From positions 6,784,001 to 6,848,000 of the forward strand of contig OZ245006.1 of NCBI GenBank assembly GCA_965223545.1: a stretch of DNA of 64,000 nucleotides. Reading direction: 5' to 3'. The notes beneath the pieces were generated by a model, which was given only the letters and a program-made list of their open reading frames with translations, made no database searches and was not told where the DNA came from. The DNA is from Planctomycetota bacterium (lineage in GTDB: Bacteria; Planctomycetota; UBA1135; UBA2386). This document shows, piece by piece, positions 1-9,151 of the stretch (position 1 is the stretch's first letter; each line of letters starts with the position of its first letter). The translations under genes and the position numbers were made by a program.

Positions 1-498
1 GGTCAGCAGCTCGGCGACCATCTCGTCGTACGGCCGGTCGTCGGCGAGGGCCTGCTTGAGCCAGTGCAGGTAGGGCTCGCCCGACACCTGTGGCGCCAGC
101 CGCGACTTGACGCGCAGCAGGTCGGCCCAGAAGTGGAACATGTGGCTGTCGTGCCCCGGTGCGGCGAGCAGCCGGTCGATCAGCGCGGCGCGCTTGTCGG
201 GGCTCCTGTCTTCGGCGAAGGCCGTGACCTCGTCGGCCGTCGGGATGCGGCCGACGATGTCGAGATGCGCGCGGCGCACGAAAGTCGCATCGTCGATCGG
301 CGGCGCCGGCAGGAGGTCGTGGCGTGTCAAGTCTTCGCGCAGCAGGTCGTCGATGCGGGCGGCCATCGCCATCACCGCGGTGCGGTCGGCGGCCCGGCCT
401 CGTTCTTGCGCGACGAGCCGCGCCGCCGAACCGGCCAGCACGCCGGCGACGATCACCGAGCCGACGGCGGTGTAGAGCGGTGGGGGAGGTCGGCGCAT
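1..498 (-). CDS. DUF1549 (PSD1)-domain secreted protein, N-terminal part (runs off the window's left edge)
   Basis: Manual translation from ATG 498: signal-like N-terminus, then IDDATFVRRAHLDIVGRIPT..DKRAALIDRLL..FWADLLR..WLKQALADDRPYDEMVAELLT, the typical DUF1549 pattern. Not in the ORF track because there is no stop in the window. Confidence 0.85.
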   Translation of the reverse strand, partial: MRRPPPPLYTAVGSVIVAGVLAGSAARLVAQERGRAADRTAVMAMAARIDDLLREDLTRHDLLPAPPIDDATFVRRAHLDIVGRIPTADEVTAFAEDRSPDKRAALIDRLLAAPGHDSHMFHFWADLLRVKSRLAPQVSGEPYLHWLKQALADDRPYDEMVAELLT

Positions 499-520
499 GG
501 CTGTGGTTCGAGGGTTGGAA

Positions 521-1348
521 TCAGGGCGATCGGCGCTGGGTGGATGGCGACTTGGACTTGCCGGCGGACTTGGTGCGGTGCACGAAGCGCAGGCCGGACC
601 ACACCGCATCGACCGCGCAAATCTTGTTATCGACCAAACCGGTCGCGAGTCCGCGGGCGCGCACCGCACTCTCGGTCACGTCGGTGGGCACGCCCGATGC
701 CTTCTTGGGCCAGGCGATCCACAGCCCGCCGCCGCGCCGCAGTGCGTTGCACGCGGCCGGCAGCCGGCGCTCGAGCGTCGCCAGGCGGTCGGCGAACAGC
801 AGCAGGACGTCGCACTCGCCCTGCGCGCGCCGGCGGATCGCGACGCCATCGGGCAGTGGCTGCAGCTGTGCTTCGAAGCCCGGTGGCGCGCCGAGCAGGG
901 CCACGGTCGCGGCCGCCTTGATGCCGAGCTTGGTCGGCAGCGGCGTCCCCGAGTAGCCGGCGGTGGCGGGCACGGGAGCCGCGGCGGGTCGGGCGAGCGC
1001 GCGCTGTACGCCGCCTTTGATGCCGCGCCAGGTGACGAACTCCGCCGTCGAGAACTGCTTGCGGGCGCGGGCGATGGCCTGCGCCGAGCCGCCGACGAAG
1101 ACGATGCCGGCGGCGCGGGTCTTCTTCTGCTGGCCGAGCCACGCCGCCAGGTGACAGCCGTGCGACGGCAGCCGCTCGAGGTCGATGACGACGACCTGCG
1201 GCACGCGGCCGGCGATCGCCCGCGCCGCGCCTCCGCCCTCCTCACTGCTGGCGGCGACGCTGAAGCCGGCCCTTTGCAGGCGTTCGCGCCGCTCGTCGAG
1301 CTCCGTGTCGCGCCAGTGCACCAAGTGAACGTGCGGCTTTGCTCTCAT
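521..1348 (-). CDS. DUF3052-family protein with N-terminal receiver-like domain
   Basis: C-terminal GYSGTPLPTKLGIK..LWIAWPKKASGVPTD..GLVDNKICAVDAVWSGLRF is the DUF3052 signature. N-terminal VVVIDL..IVFVGG resembles a CheY-like fold. Confidence 0.75.
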   Translation of the reverse strand: MRAKPHVHLVHWRDTELDERRERLQRAGFSVAASSEEGGGAARAIAGRVPQVVVIDLERLPSHGCHLAAWLGQQKKTRAAGIVFVGGSAQAIARARKQFSTAEFVTWRGIKGGVQRALARPAAAPVPATAGYSGTPLPTKLGIKAAATVALLGAPPGFEAQLQPLPDGVAIRRRAQGECDVLLLFADRLATLERRLPAACNALRRGGGLWIAWPKKASGVPTDVTESAVRARGLATGLVDNKICAVDAVWSGLRFVHRTKSAGKSKSPSTQRRSP

Positions 1349-2490
1349 CGCACACTCCCGTTACGCGGGCCAAAGGTCAGTGTAAACAGATGCGGGCGGC
1401 ACAAGAACCGAAACCGGGGGGCGTAGCAGCCCTCCATGCCCAGGCCTCGTGTGACCAGCCAGGGGCGACCGCCAGGGGTCTCGAACACGCCGCCGGCGGC
1501 GATTCGCCGCGGCACGGTCGAGAAGGTCAGCGGTGGTCCGAAGCCCGGCAGCTGCAGCTGACCGCCATGCGTGTGGCCGCAGAAGTAGGCATCGGCGTGC
1601 GGCACTTCGCGGTCGACGTCTGCTGCCAAATCGGGGGAGTGGCACAGCACCAAGAACAGCTCCTCGGCGCGCGCGCCGCGGCGCATGGCTTCGATGTCCG
1701 GCGCCAGGTGGTCGAGCCCGCCGATGCGCAGCGGCACGCCGCCGACCTCGAGCGTGGTGTTGCGGTTGCGCAGGTAGGTCACGTCGAGGCCGTCGAAGAT
1801 GCGGGCGCGCTGCGCCTCGGTGTCGGAGTCGCTGGTCGTGGCGAAGATGCCGTGCGGGGCGCGCAGCCGCTGCAGCACCCAGCGGGCGGCCGCGATCGCG
1901 GTGTCGGGATCCGAGGTCTGCGCGATGTAGTCGCCGGTGAACAGGATCAGGTCGGGGGCGAATGCCGCGACCTCCTCCACCACGGCGCGTTCGCGCGGCC
2001 CGAGGTCGACGAGCTGCAGGTCGGAGAGGTGGACGACCTTGAGCGTGCGCGCGCCGATCTCGTCGAACGCGAGCTGTCGCGGTTCGACCTCGAGCAGCAG
2101 CGGCTCGATGGCAGTCGACCACAGCGCGCCCAGCGGCAGCGCCGCGCAGACGGCCCGCCGCACTGCGCGGCTGCCGCGGCGCTCACCGTCGATGTTGCGC
2201 CACGCGAGCAGCGGCCACCACACGGCGAGCCAGTAGAACGGCAGCGCGACGCCGAGCGTCCACGCCAGCCGCGGCGCCGGCAGCGCCGCGCCGAAGCCGA
2301 GCTCAGCACTGAAAGTGCCGGCCAGGGCGAGCAGCAGGGCCACCGAGGGCAGCCCGATCCAGCGACCGGCGGCCGTGCCGATCCGCGGGCCGGCGCAGCG
2401 GCACAACAGCAACAGGAGCACGCCGCCGAGCGCGAGCGCCAGGCCGGCCGCGATCAGCTGGTGGGTGGCGTAGCCCCAGTTGAACGACAT
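1345..2490 (-). CDS. Membrane-anchored metallophosphoesterase (YkuE-like)
   Basis: N-terminal TM helices; motifs HLSDLQ, FTGDY, LCHSPD, CGHTHGGQ, VTRGLG. Start inferred at ATG 2490 (alternative 2499). Confidence 0.85.
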   Translation of the reverse strand: MSFNWGYATHQLIAAGLALALGGVLLLLLCRCAGPRIGTAAGRWIGLPSVALLLALAGTFSAELGFGAALPAPRLAWTLGVALPFYWLAVWWPLLAWRNIDGERRGSRAVRRAVCAALPLGALWSTAIEPLLLEVEPRQLAFDEIGARTLKVVHLSDLQLVDLGPRERAVVEEVAAFAPDLILFTGDYIAQTSDPDTAIAAARWVLQRLRAPHGIFATTSDSDTEAQRARIFDGLDVTYLRNRNTTLEVGGVPLRIGGLDHLAPDIEAMRRGARAEELFLVLCHSPDLAADVDREVPHADAYFCGHTHGGQLQLPGFGPPLTFSTVPRRIAAGGVFETPGGRPWLVTRGLGMEGCYAPRFRFLCRPHLFTLTFGPRNGSVR

Positions 2491-2552
2491 GACCACCATC
2501 TTCGCCCGACGCCGGGGTCGTGGGGAGTCCGGATCGCTGCGCGCAACCCGTT

Positions 2553-5500
2553 TCAGCGCCGTGGCGCCGGCGGCAGCACGCGCATCGAGTGCCGCGCGCG
2601 CCGCCCCGAGGCCAGTTCGCGGACCTCGATCGTCCAGACGCCGCGCCCGTCGTTGGTGGCCAGGTCGAGCTGCAGCCGGAGGCCGCGGGGCGAGACGCCG
2701 TAGTGGCCGCTGAACTCGGCGCCGCGGCCGTCGGCGTCGCGGATGTCGACGTGGACGGGGATCACCGCGTCGATCGGGCTGCCGTCCGCGGTGCGCACGT
2801 TGATGTCGCAGTGCACGGCAGTCCCCGCCCGCGCCCGCGCCGGTGCCGCGATGGTGACGTCGTCGATGGGTGTGCTCGTGCGCATCAGCAGACGGCCTCC
2901 GCCCGGTGGCAGCCCGAGCGCGAAGGTGCTGCCGCCAGCACGGCGCTCGAGCGGGGCGATCGGCTCGCTGCGCACCAGGTCGTAGACGGTACCGCCGCCG
3001 GCCAGCCACAGCTCGGTGTCGGCCGGCAGCGCGCGCTCCATCACCATCTCGTACTGGCCGACGTAGTCGCCGTACTCGCGCGCGTCGTTGATCGCGAACA
3101 CGTAATCGGTGGTGCCGAAGCGCCGCCGCAGCAACACGACGTCGTCGTTGCTGCTGGACAGACTGCGCGGGTAGCGATCGCGCAGGGCGTCGGCCAAGCC
3201 CGCGGCGGTCTCCTGCAGAGTCTGCTTGTCGCGCTGGCCGTGGCCGGTGCGCCGCGTCACGGGCAGGGTCACGTCGGCCGAGAGCGCCGCGCAGAGCCGG
3301 TCGTCGGCGACGAGGATGCCGCCGCGCGCCTGGAAGGCGCGGATCCGATCGACGACCGGGCGCGGCAGGACGTCGCAGTCGGTGGCCAGCAGGACCCGGT
3401 AGCGGTCCAGCCCGCGTTCGAGAATCGTGTCCTCGTAGACGATCTCGGGTTGCAAGCCGGCGTAGCTCGCGGCGAGGAACGAGTCCCCCGACCAGCGCGT
3501 GCCCCAGCCGAAGGCGCCGCGGCCGGCGAGCATCTGTGCCGAGAAGCTCTCCAAGAACGCGACGTCGGTCGGTGCGTCTTCGATCTGCAGGAGCGCCGGC
3601 CCGAGGGGGCGCACCAGCGTGGTCACCAAGCGGTGCAGCTCGGGCGCGGTCTCGGGGTGGGTGTGCCGGTAGGGCCGGCTGCCGTCGACCGGTACCAGCG
3701 CCTCCCAGCCGTGGAACATCAGGCCGCGCACCGGTCGCGCCAGCGCCGTCCACACCGCCTCGCGCAGGTGCATCGGCGCGATCGTCAAGTAGCTGGCGTC
3801 GGGATCGTGGTCCTTCCACCGCGGCGGAGGCTCGGAGCTGCGCAGGCCGTTGGCCGGCGCGGTCTGCGAGCGGTACCAGATCAGCTGCACCATCTTCATG
3901 ACCGCTGGGCCGTGCTCGGCGCCCGCGGCCATGCAGCGCAGCGACTCGGTCGCCATGCCGACGCGGATCGGGTCGGGGTAGCTGTAGGACCAGTGCGACA
4001 GCACGTCGACACCGCCGCCGCTGCCGAAGACGCTGGCGACGCGTGCCGCCGGATCGGTGAACGTCCACAGCCGAGGGGCGGTCGAACGCAGCCCGTCGTG
4101 CAGCGCGCGATTCAGCCCGTTCCAGCCATCGCCCGCCTGCCAGTACCAGCGGTAGTAGCGCAGCAGGGGGTCATCGAGCTCGACGACGGCGGTGGACGGG
4201 CGATCGCCTTCGGCCGCGATGCCGCGCTTGTCCTCGACTCCCGGTGGGATCTCGGCTCCGGTGGCGCGGCGGTACGCCTCGCGATCGAGCGCGTGAAAGC
4301 ACGGCTGTGCGGCGTCGCGCACCTCGGTGTGCAGCAGGGCGCCGTCGAGCGCTGGAAATGCGCCCCAAGTGCGTGCCACCGCGGCACCCACCTGCCGGCA
4401 GAACTCGAGCAGGCGCGGCTGCAGGGCGCAGGCGCCGGCGTCGTCGTGCGGATCGCCGTGCCGGTCGACGCGACGCAGCTCGGGCCGCCGCGCTGCCCAC
4501 GCGCCCGGCGTCAGCGGCACGATCAGCGAGACGCCCCGCGCCAGGGCGCGGTCGAGCAGCGCGTGCGAAGCCGCCAGGCGTTCGCCGTCGTAGGCGGTGC
4601 GGCCGGGGTCGTTCCACAGCGCGCCGTAGTCGGCGCCGAGGCCCAGGCAGTGGGTGAAGCCGAGTCCGGCGACGCGGTCGAGCTCGCGCTCGACCTGCTC
4701 GACGCCGCCAAGACCCCAGAGGACGACCGGCATTCGCGGTGGAGTGCGCGCCAGCAGCTGCCAGTGCACGTGCTGCTCCAGCGGCTGGTGATCGGCCGTG
4801 GTGAGGTGCGCGCGCAGCGTGTAGGCGCCGGGGCGCAAGGTCGTGTCCAAGGGCAGCGTCAGGGTGTGCGCGCCATCGGCCGGCAGCACTGGCAAGGCGA
4901 CCGGGGGCAGCGCCACGCCCGGCGTGGGTTCGACGGCGAGGACCGCGCCGCGCAGCGGTGCGGCCGTGGTGTTGATCACCCGCAGTCGCAGCGCGGCGCC
5001 GGTCTCCATGCGCACGAAGTGCTGGCGTTGGCCGACGCTGTCGATGCGCACCGGTCGGTACTCCCGCACTCCGTCGCAGAGCCGCACCTCGTCGATGACG
5101 CCGGGGAAGCCGCGGTAGTAGCTGCCGATCCGGTCGCCGATGCTCACCGGGTGCCTGCCTCGGCTGATGCTGCCACGGCCGGACCGGTGTCCGCCGCCGA
5201 CGGGGATGCCATTGCGGAAGAAGCGCACCGTGCCGCTGCCGTCGTAGGTCAGCGCCACGTGCTGCCAGGTGGCCGCCGGCCACGACAAGGCCGCGGAATG
5301 GTAGGTCTCGCTCGAGCTGCCGAAACCGAGCGCGGCGCGGAGCCGGCGCTTTCCGCCTTCGGCCGGCACGTCGAGCACGAGCTGATAGTCGTCGTCGCCC
5401 ACGTACTTCTTGTCGAGCAAGAACACCTGCTCGCATTCGTCGAGGCGTGCGTCCGGCCGCAGCCACAGCTCGAGGGAGAACGCGGCGCGCGGCGACAGCC

Positions 5501-5798
5501 CGCCGGCGGTGCGGGCGACGGCCGCGTGGCGCTCGTCCGCGACCGGCCAACCCGGCGCGCTGCCGAGGCCGCCGCCGTGGCGGCCGTCGGCGCGGAGTGT
5601 GGCGCCGTACAGGGTCAGGTCGTGGCCGTGGCCCGAGTGGTCGCGGAGCGGTGCGTCGCCGTCGAACGACCAGTGCGCGAGCACGTGCGCCGCGGCGCGG
5701 TGCTCGGGCGGATAGCCCGTGCGCCAGGGCTCGCAGCGCTGGCTCGCCGCGCTGCTGAAGAGCGCGGCGGCCGCGCAGAACGCGGCAGTCTTCCTCAT
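2553..5798 (-). CDS. Secreted LamG-domain protein with glycoside hydrolase-like/beta-galactosidase trimerisation-like region
   Basis: Signal peptide MRKTAAFCAAAALFSSAAS; LamG motifs (AHWSFD, FSLELWLRP, WQHVALTYDG, GVIDEVRL); later LDRYRVLLATDCDVL..IRAFQARGGILVAD. Confidence 0.7.
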   Translation of the reverse strand: MRKTAAFCAAAALFSSAASQRCEPWRTGYPPEHRAAAHVLAHWSFDGDAPLRDHSGHGHDLTLYGATLRADGRHGGGLGSAPGWPVADERHAAVARTAGGLSPRAAFSLELWLRPDARLDECEQVFLLDKKYVGDDDYQLVLDVPAEGGKRRLRAALGFGSSSETYHSAALSWPAATWQHVALTYDGSGTVRFFRNGIPVGGGHRSGRGSISRGRHPVSIGDRIGSYYRGFPGVIDEVRLCDGVREYRPVRIDSVGQRQHFVRMETGAALRLRVINTTAAPLRGAVLAVEPTPGVALPPVALPVLPADGAHTLTLPLDTTLRPGAYTLRAHLTTADHQPLEQHVHWQLLARTPPRMPVVLWGLGGVEQVERELDRVAGLGFTHCLGLGADYGALWNDPGRTAYDGERLAASHALLDRALARGVSLIVPLTPGAWAARRPELRRVDRHGDPHDDAGACALQPRLLEFCRQVGAAVARTWGAFPALDGALLHTEVRDAAQPCFHALDREAYRRATGAEIPPGVEDKRGIAAEGDRPSTAVVELDDPLLRYYRWYWQAGDGWNGLNRALHDGLRSTAPRLWTFTDPAARVASVFGSGGGVDVLSHWSYSYPDPIRVGMATESLRCMAAGAEHGPAVMKMVQLIWYRSQTAPANGLRSSEPPPRWKDHDPDASYLTIAPMHLREAVWTALARPVRGLMFHGWEALVPVDGSRPYRHTHPETAPELHRLVTTLVRPLGPALLQIEDAPTDVAFLESFSAQMLAGRGAFGWGTRWSGDSFLAASYAGLQPEIVYEDTILERGLDRYRVLLATDCDVLPRPVVDRIRAFQARGGILVADDRLCAALSADVTLPVTRRTGHGQRDKQTLQETAAGLADALRDRYPRSLSSSNDDVVLLRRRFGTTDYVFAINDAREYGDYVGQYEMVMERALPADTELWLAGGGTVYDLVRSEPIAPLERRAGGSTFALGLPPGGGRLLMRTSTPIDDVTIAAPARARAGTAVHCDINVRTADGSPIDAVIPVHVDIRDADGRGAEFSGHYGVSPRGLRLQLDLATNDGRGVWTIEVRELASGRRARHSMRVLPPAPRR

Positions 5799-5869
5799 AC
5801 GACCAGCGATGCAGAGGACATCGGCAGTCGGCTGCCGCCCGCCGCAGGCGGGGTCTCGATCCGAGACGC

Positions 5870-7330
5870 TTACTCGTTGATGCGCTTCTCGCCGGTCGCG
5901 GTCGCGGGGCCACGGGTCTGCAGCTCGGCGCGGATCTCGTGCAGGATCTCCAGCACCTCGTTCATGTCGGTCTGCAGTCGGTCGACCCGCTCGCTCAGCG
6001 TGGTGCCCTTGGCCGCGCGGCGTTCGCTGCGCAGGCGCTCTTCGAGCCGGGCGGCGCGGGCGGCGACGCGCGCCACCGCACCCCGTCCGGCCTCCTTCGC
6101 CGCGTCGGCACCGGCGGCCACGGAGACCTTGGCCGGCTTCGCGGGCTTCGCCGGTTTGGAGGGCTTGGTCGGCTTGCTGGGCTTCGCCAGCGAAGCGCGG
6201 ACCTCGCCGCGGGAACCACGCGCCTTTTCGGCGGCCTTCGCCGCCGCGGCACGGGCGACCTTGCGTGCCTTGTCGGCTTCGGCACGCGCCGCCTTGCGCG
6301 CCTTGTCGGCCTCGGCGCGCGCTGCCTTGCGCGCCTTCTCGGCGGCCTCGCGGGCCTCGGCGACTTGCTTCAGTGCGCTCTCGCGCGCCTTCTTGGCCAT
6401 TGCTTCGGCCTTCTTGGCGGACTCCTTGGCGTGCTTCTCGGCGATCCTGCGCGCCTTCTGGGCGGCCTCGCGCGCCTCGGCGACCTGCTTCAGCGCGCTC
6501 TCGCGCGCCTTCTTGGCCATTGCTTCGGCCTTCTTGGCGGACTCTTTGGCGTGCTTCTCGGCGATCCTGCGCGCCTTCTCGGCGGCCTCGCGCGCCTCGG
6601 CGACCTGCTTCAGCGCACTCTCGCGCGCCTTCTTGGCCATCGCTTCGGCCTTCTTGGTGGACTCTTTGGCGTGCTTCTCGGCGGCCCTGCGCGCCTTCTC
6701 GGCGGCCTCGCGCGCCTCGGCGACCTGCTTCAGTGCGCTCTCGCGCGCCTTCTGTGCGGATTCTTTGGCGCGCATCTCGGCGGTCGCGCGAGCCTTCTCG
6801 GCGGCCTTGCGTGCCTCGGCGACGCGCTTCTCCGCATCGGCGCGCAGCTTGGCGGTGGCCTTCTCCGCCTTCTTGCGCGCCTCGGCGGCGCTCTTCTCGG
6901 CGGCCTTGCGGATCTTCGCCGCGGCCGCGCGGGCCTCGGCGACTCGTTTCTCGGCGTCGGCGCGCAGCTTGGCGGCCGTCTTCTCTTGCTTCTTGCGGAT
7001 CTCGGCGGCGCGCTTCTCGGCCTGGGCGCTTGCCCGCGCGGCGCGCTCTTGTGCCTCGGCGATCCGCTTCTTGGCCCGCTCGGCTGCTTCGGCCTCGTTG
7101 CTTGAGCGCCGCACGGAAACGCGGGCGGGCGTGCAGCGGCGCCGGCTGGACGAAGTCCGGCTGGCCAGGGCGCGGCGCGCCTCGTCGAGCGCGGCGCGGG
7201 CCTCCTCGATGACGGCGCGCGCCGCCTCGATCTCTTTCTTGACCTCCGGCTTGGTGGCCTCTTGGGCGGGGGCGGTGAGCGCCAGCAGCGGCGCGCACAG
7301 CAGGGCGAGGGTGGGAAGTTTGGCGATCAT
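5870..7330 (-). CDS. Secreted Ala/Lys/Glu-rich tandem-repeat coiled-coil protein (TolA-like composition)
   Basis: Signal peptide MIAKLPTLALLCAPLLALTAPA; 40-aa repeats; KPAKPAK segment; C-terminal coiled coil. Third gene of the blaI-M56 operon. Confidence 0.75.
   Translation of the reverse strand: MIAKLPTLALLCAPLLALTAPAQEATKPEVKKEIEAARAVIEEARAALDEARRALASRTSSSRRRCTPARVSVRRSSNEAEAAERAKKRIAEAQERAARASAQAEKRAAEIRKKQEKTAAKLRADAEKRVAEARAAAAKIRKAAEKSAAEARKKAEKATAKLRADAEKRVAEARKAAEKARATAEMRAKESAQKARESALKQVAEAREAAEKARRAAEKHAKESTKKAEAMAKKARESALKQVAEAREAAEKARRIAEKHAKESAKKAEAMAKKARESALKQVAEAREAAQKARRIAEKHAKESAKKAEAMAKKARESALKQVAEAREAAEKARKAARAEADKARKAARAEADKARKVARAAAAKAAEKARGSRGEVRASLAKPSKPTKPSKPAKPAKPAKVSVAAGADAAKEAGRGAVARVAARAARLEERLRSERRAAKGTTLSERVDRLQTDMNEVLEILHEIRAELQTRGPATATGEKRINE
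6331..6750. repeat. Intragenic 120-bp tandem repeat (3.5 near-identical units, 40-aa unit)
   Basis: Units start at 6331, 6451, 6571 and 6691 and encode KARESALKQVAEAREAAEKARRIAEKHAKESAKKAEAMAK; more diverged units continue to ~7000. Confidence 0.95.
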
Positions 7331-7344
7331 GGTCTCGTGGCTCC

Positions 7345-8634
7345 TCACTGGGGCGATGAAGTAGGGGGTGGATTCGAGATGGCTTCGTGCACAGCGGCGC
7401 ACTCCCGCTGCAACGCTTCGGCGCGTTCTTGCAACAGCACCAGCACCCGGTCGAGCGCGGCGCGGTCCTCGTGCTCGAGGTCGCGCAGCAGCGCCGCCAA
7501 GGTGCGGCTGATCTCCAGCTGGGTCTCCGACAGCTGGCGCAGGCGGCCGGCGAGTGCGTCGAGCGACTCCGCCGTCTGCCGCGGTTCCGGTGGTGGCGGC
7601 GCGCCAAGGCTGATGCTGGGCAAACCCATCGCCGCCGCCATCAGCGCCAACGCCGCCAGCCGGCGCCGGCTGCGCGGGCTCTCGGCGGCGCGCGGTGCCA
7701 GCGCGCGGCGCACCCGGGACGCCAACCGGGCGCGCGAGTCGAGCGCCGCCGGCGTCAGCTGGGGGGCGTGTCGATCGCCGGCCTCGGCTTGCCAGGCCGC
7801 GACCTCCACCAGGCACGCCGCCAGGGCGGGACCGTCGGCGGTGTGCCGCACCGCGTGATCGTCGCAGCGCAGCTCGGCCAGGTGGTCGAGGCGGCGGCGG
7901 GCCAACACGTTGAGCGGCTGCAGCCACAGGATGCGCTCGACCGCGCGGGCGGCGAGCCGCCAGCCGCTGTCGCCGCGCAGCAGGTGGGCGAGCTCGTGGT
8001 GCAGCAGCGCGCGCAGGTGGCGGCCGTCGAGGCGGTCGATGAAGCGCGCCGGCACGCAGATCTCCGGTCGGGTCAGGCCGAACGCCAACGGGGTGGCGAT
8101 GCGCGGACTGGCGGTCAAGCGCACCGCCAAACGGGCGCCGGCGCGGCGGCGGACCGCGGTCAGCGCGTGCAGCACCGGGCCGCGGCGGACCGGTTGGCGG
8201 TCGGCCAATCTGCGGCGCGCGCGGGTGTTGCCGGCGAGCAGCCAGAGCAGGCCGGCGGTGCTGACCGCGAGGTAGATCCACCCACCGACCGTCGCGGCCG
8301 ACCACGACTGCACGTGGGCGCCGCGCTGCTGCGCGCTGGTGATTGCCGGTGCCGGAGCGATCGGGTCCACGCTGGCGACGGGAGTGAGTCCTGGCTGGAC
8401 GGCCGCTTCGCCCCAGAACGAGGTCGGCAGCAACGGCTGCCAGCCGGCGCCGAGCTGCAGACTGCTCGTGCACACCGCGCCGAGCAGTGCACCGCGCCAG
8501 AGTGCCTCCTGCAGCGCGACGTTGCGGCTGCCGAGCAACGCACTGGTGAGCAGAGCGGCCGCGTACAGCGCGGTGCTGTGCACCAGATAGGTCAAGAGCC
8601 AAGAGCCGGCGTGCTCGATCAGATCAGGGGACAC
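7345..8634 (-). CDS. BlaR1/MecR1-type M56 zinc metallopeptidase
   Basis: TM N-terminus, TPLAFGLTRPEICVP, LLHHELAHLLRGD (HExxH), AELRCDD; GTG start overlaps the end of the blaI-like gene. Confidence 0.9.
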   Translation of the reverse strand: MSPDLIEHAGSWLLTYLVHSTALYAAALLTSALLGSRNVALQEALWRGALLGAVCTSSLQLGAGWQPLLPTSFWGEAAVQPGLTPVASVDPIAPAPAITSAQQRGAHVQSWSAATVGGWIYLAVSTAGLLWLLAGNTRARRRLADRQPVRRGPVLHALTAVRRRAGARLAVRLTASPRIATPLAFGLTRPEICVPARFIDRLDGRHLRALLHHELAHLLRGDSGWRLAARAVERILWLQPLNVLARRRLDHLAELRCDDHAVRHTADGPALAACLVEVAAWQAEAGDRHAPQLTPAALDSRARLASRVRRALAPRAAESPRSRRRLAALALMAAAMGLPSISLGAPPPPEPRQTAESLDALAGRLRQLSETQLEISRTLAALLRDLEHEDRAALDRVLVLLQERAEALQRECAAVHEAISNPPPTSSPQ

Positions 8635-9040
8635 GCTGACCTCCCCGCGTGCGGCGTCCGGCCGTGCGCCGGCTGGCCGCGTTGCCGATCGAGCGGCGCA
8701 GCCGCTCGAGTTCGCGCGCGTCGATGTCGCCTTCCTCCAGCAGGTGGCTCATCAGTGCTGCGGTGCTGCCACCGAACAGCTGGTCGACGAGGTCGCCGAT
8801 CATCGAGCGGCGCAGCTCGCGCCGCTCGACACAGGCGCGAAACACAAAGCGCCGGGCCTCGGTGCGGTGGGTGACCAGTCCCTTGTCCTCCAGCCGCCGC
8901 AAGATGGTCGAGACGGTGGTGGGGGCGACCGAGCGGCGGCTCGCCAGCGCGGCGTGGATGTCGACCACGGTCGCCTCGCCGAGCCGCCAAAGCTGTTCGA
9001 GGATGCGGTGCTCTAGCTTGCCGACTTTGAGTTGTGTCAT
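8624..9040 (-). CDS. BlaI/MecI/CopY-family transcriptional repressor
   Basis: LEHRILEQLWRLGEATV..TTVSTILRRLEDKGLV..LVDQLFGGSTAALMSHLL. Confidence 0.93.
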   Translation of the reverse strand: MTQLKVGKLEHRILEQLWRLGEATVVDIHAALASRRSVAPTTVSTILRRLEDKGLVTHRTEARRFVFRACVERRELRRSMIGDLVDQLFGGSTAALMSHLLEEGDIDARELERLRRSIGNAASRRTAGRRTRGGQRVP

Positions 9041-9058
9041 CGCGGTGACCTCGAGCTG

Positions 9059-9104
9059 AACTATGACACTCGTAGTACTGCGGCGGTAGTACTACGCCCG
9101 TAGG
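9059..9104. promoter_or_regulatory. Putative BlaI operator array
   Basis: Abutting dyads just upstream of the blaI start: ACTA(T)-N7-GTAGT, TACT(G)C-N4-GTAGTA, ACTAC-N4-GTAG. TAC-N4-GTA spacing matches known BlaI/MecI operators. Confidence 0.6.
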
Positions 9105-9151
9105 AGTTTGCCCGGGCAGCTTTCCGCGTCTGGCCGCGAACCACCGTCGCC

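Noticed and set aside
6331..6750. Regular 120-bp repeats as a possible CRISPR array
   Set aside because: No unique spacers, in-frame coding repeats, no cas genes in the window.
7100..7170. Possible frameshift in the Lys/Ala repeat gene (odd RTSSSRRRCTPARVSV segment)
   Set aside because: The frame is continuous from signal peptide to stop and keeps G/C-rich third positions; no evidence of a shift.
2520..7364. 1614-aa + strand ORF and many other long overlapping ORFs (e.g. 25506-27080, 22349-23902)
   Set aside because: Antisense or alternate-frame shadows of real genes in high-GC DNA; no motifs, Arg/Ala/Gly-rich composition.
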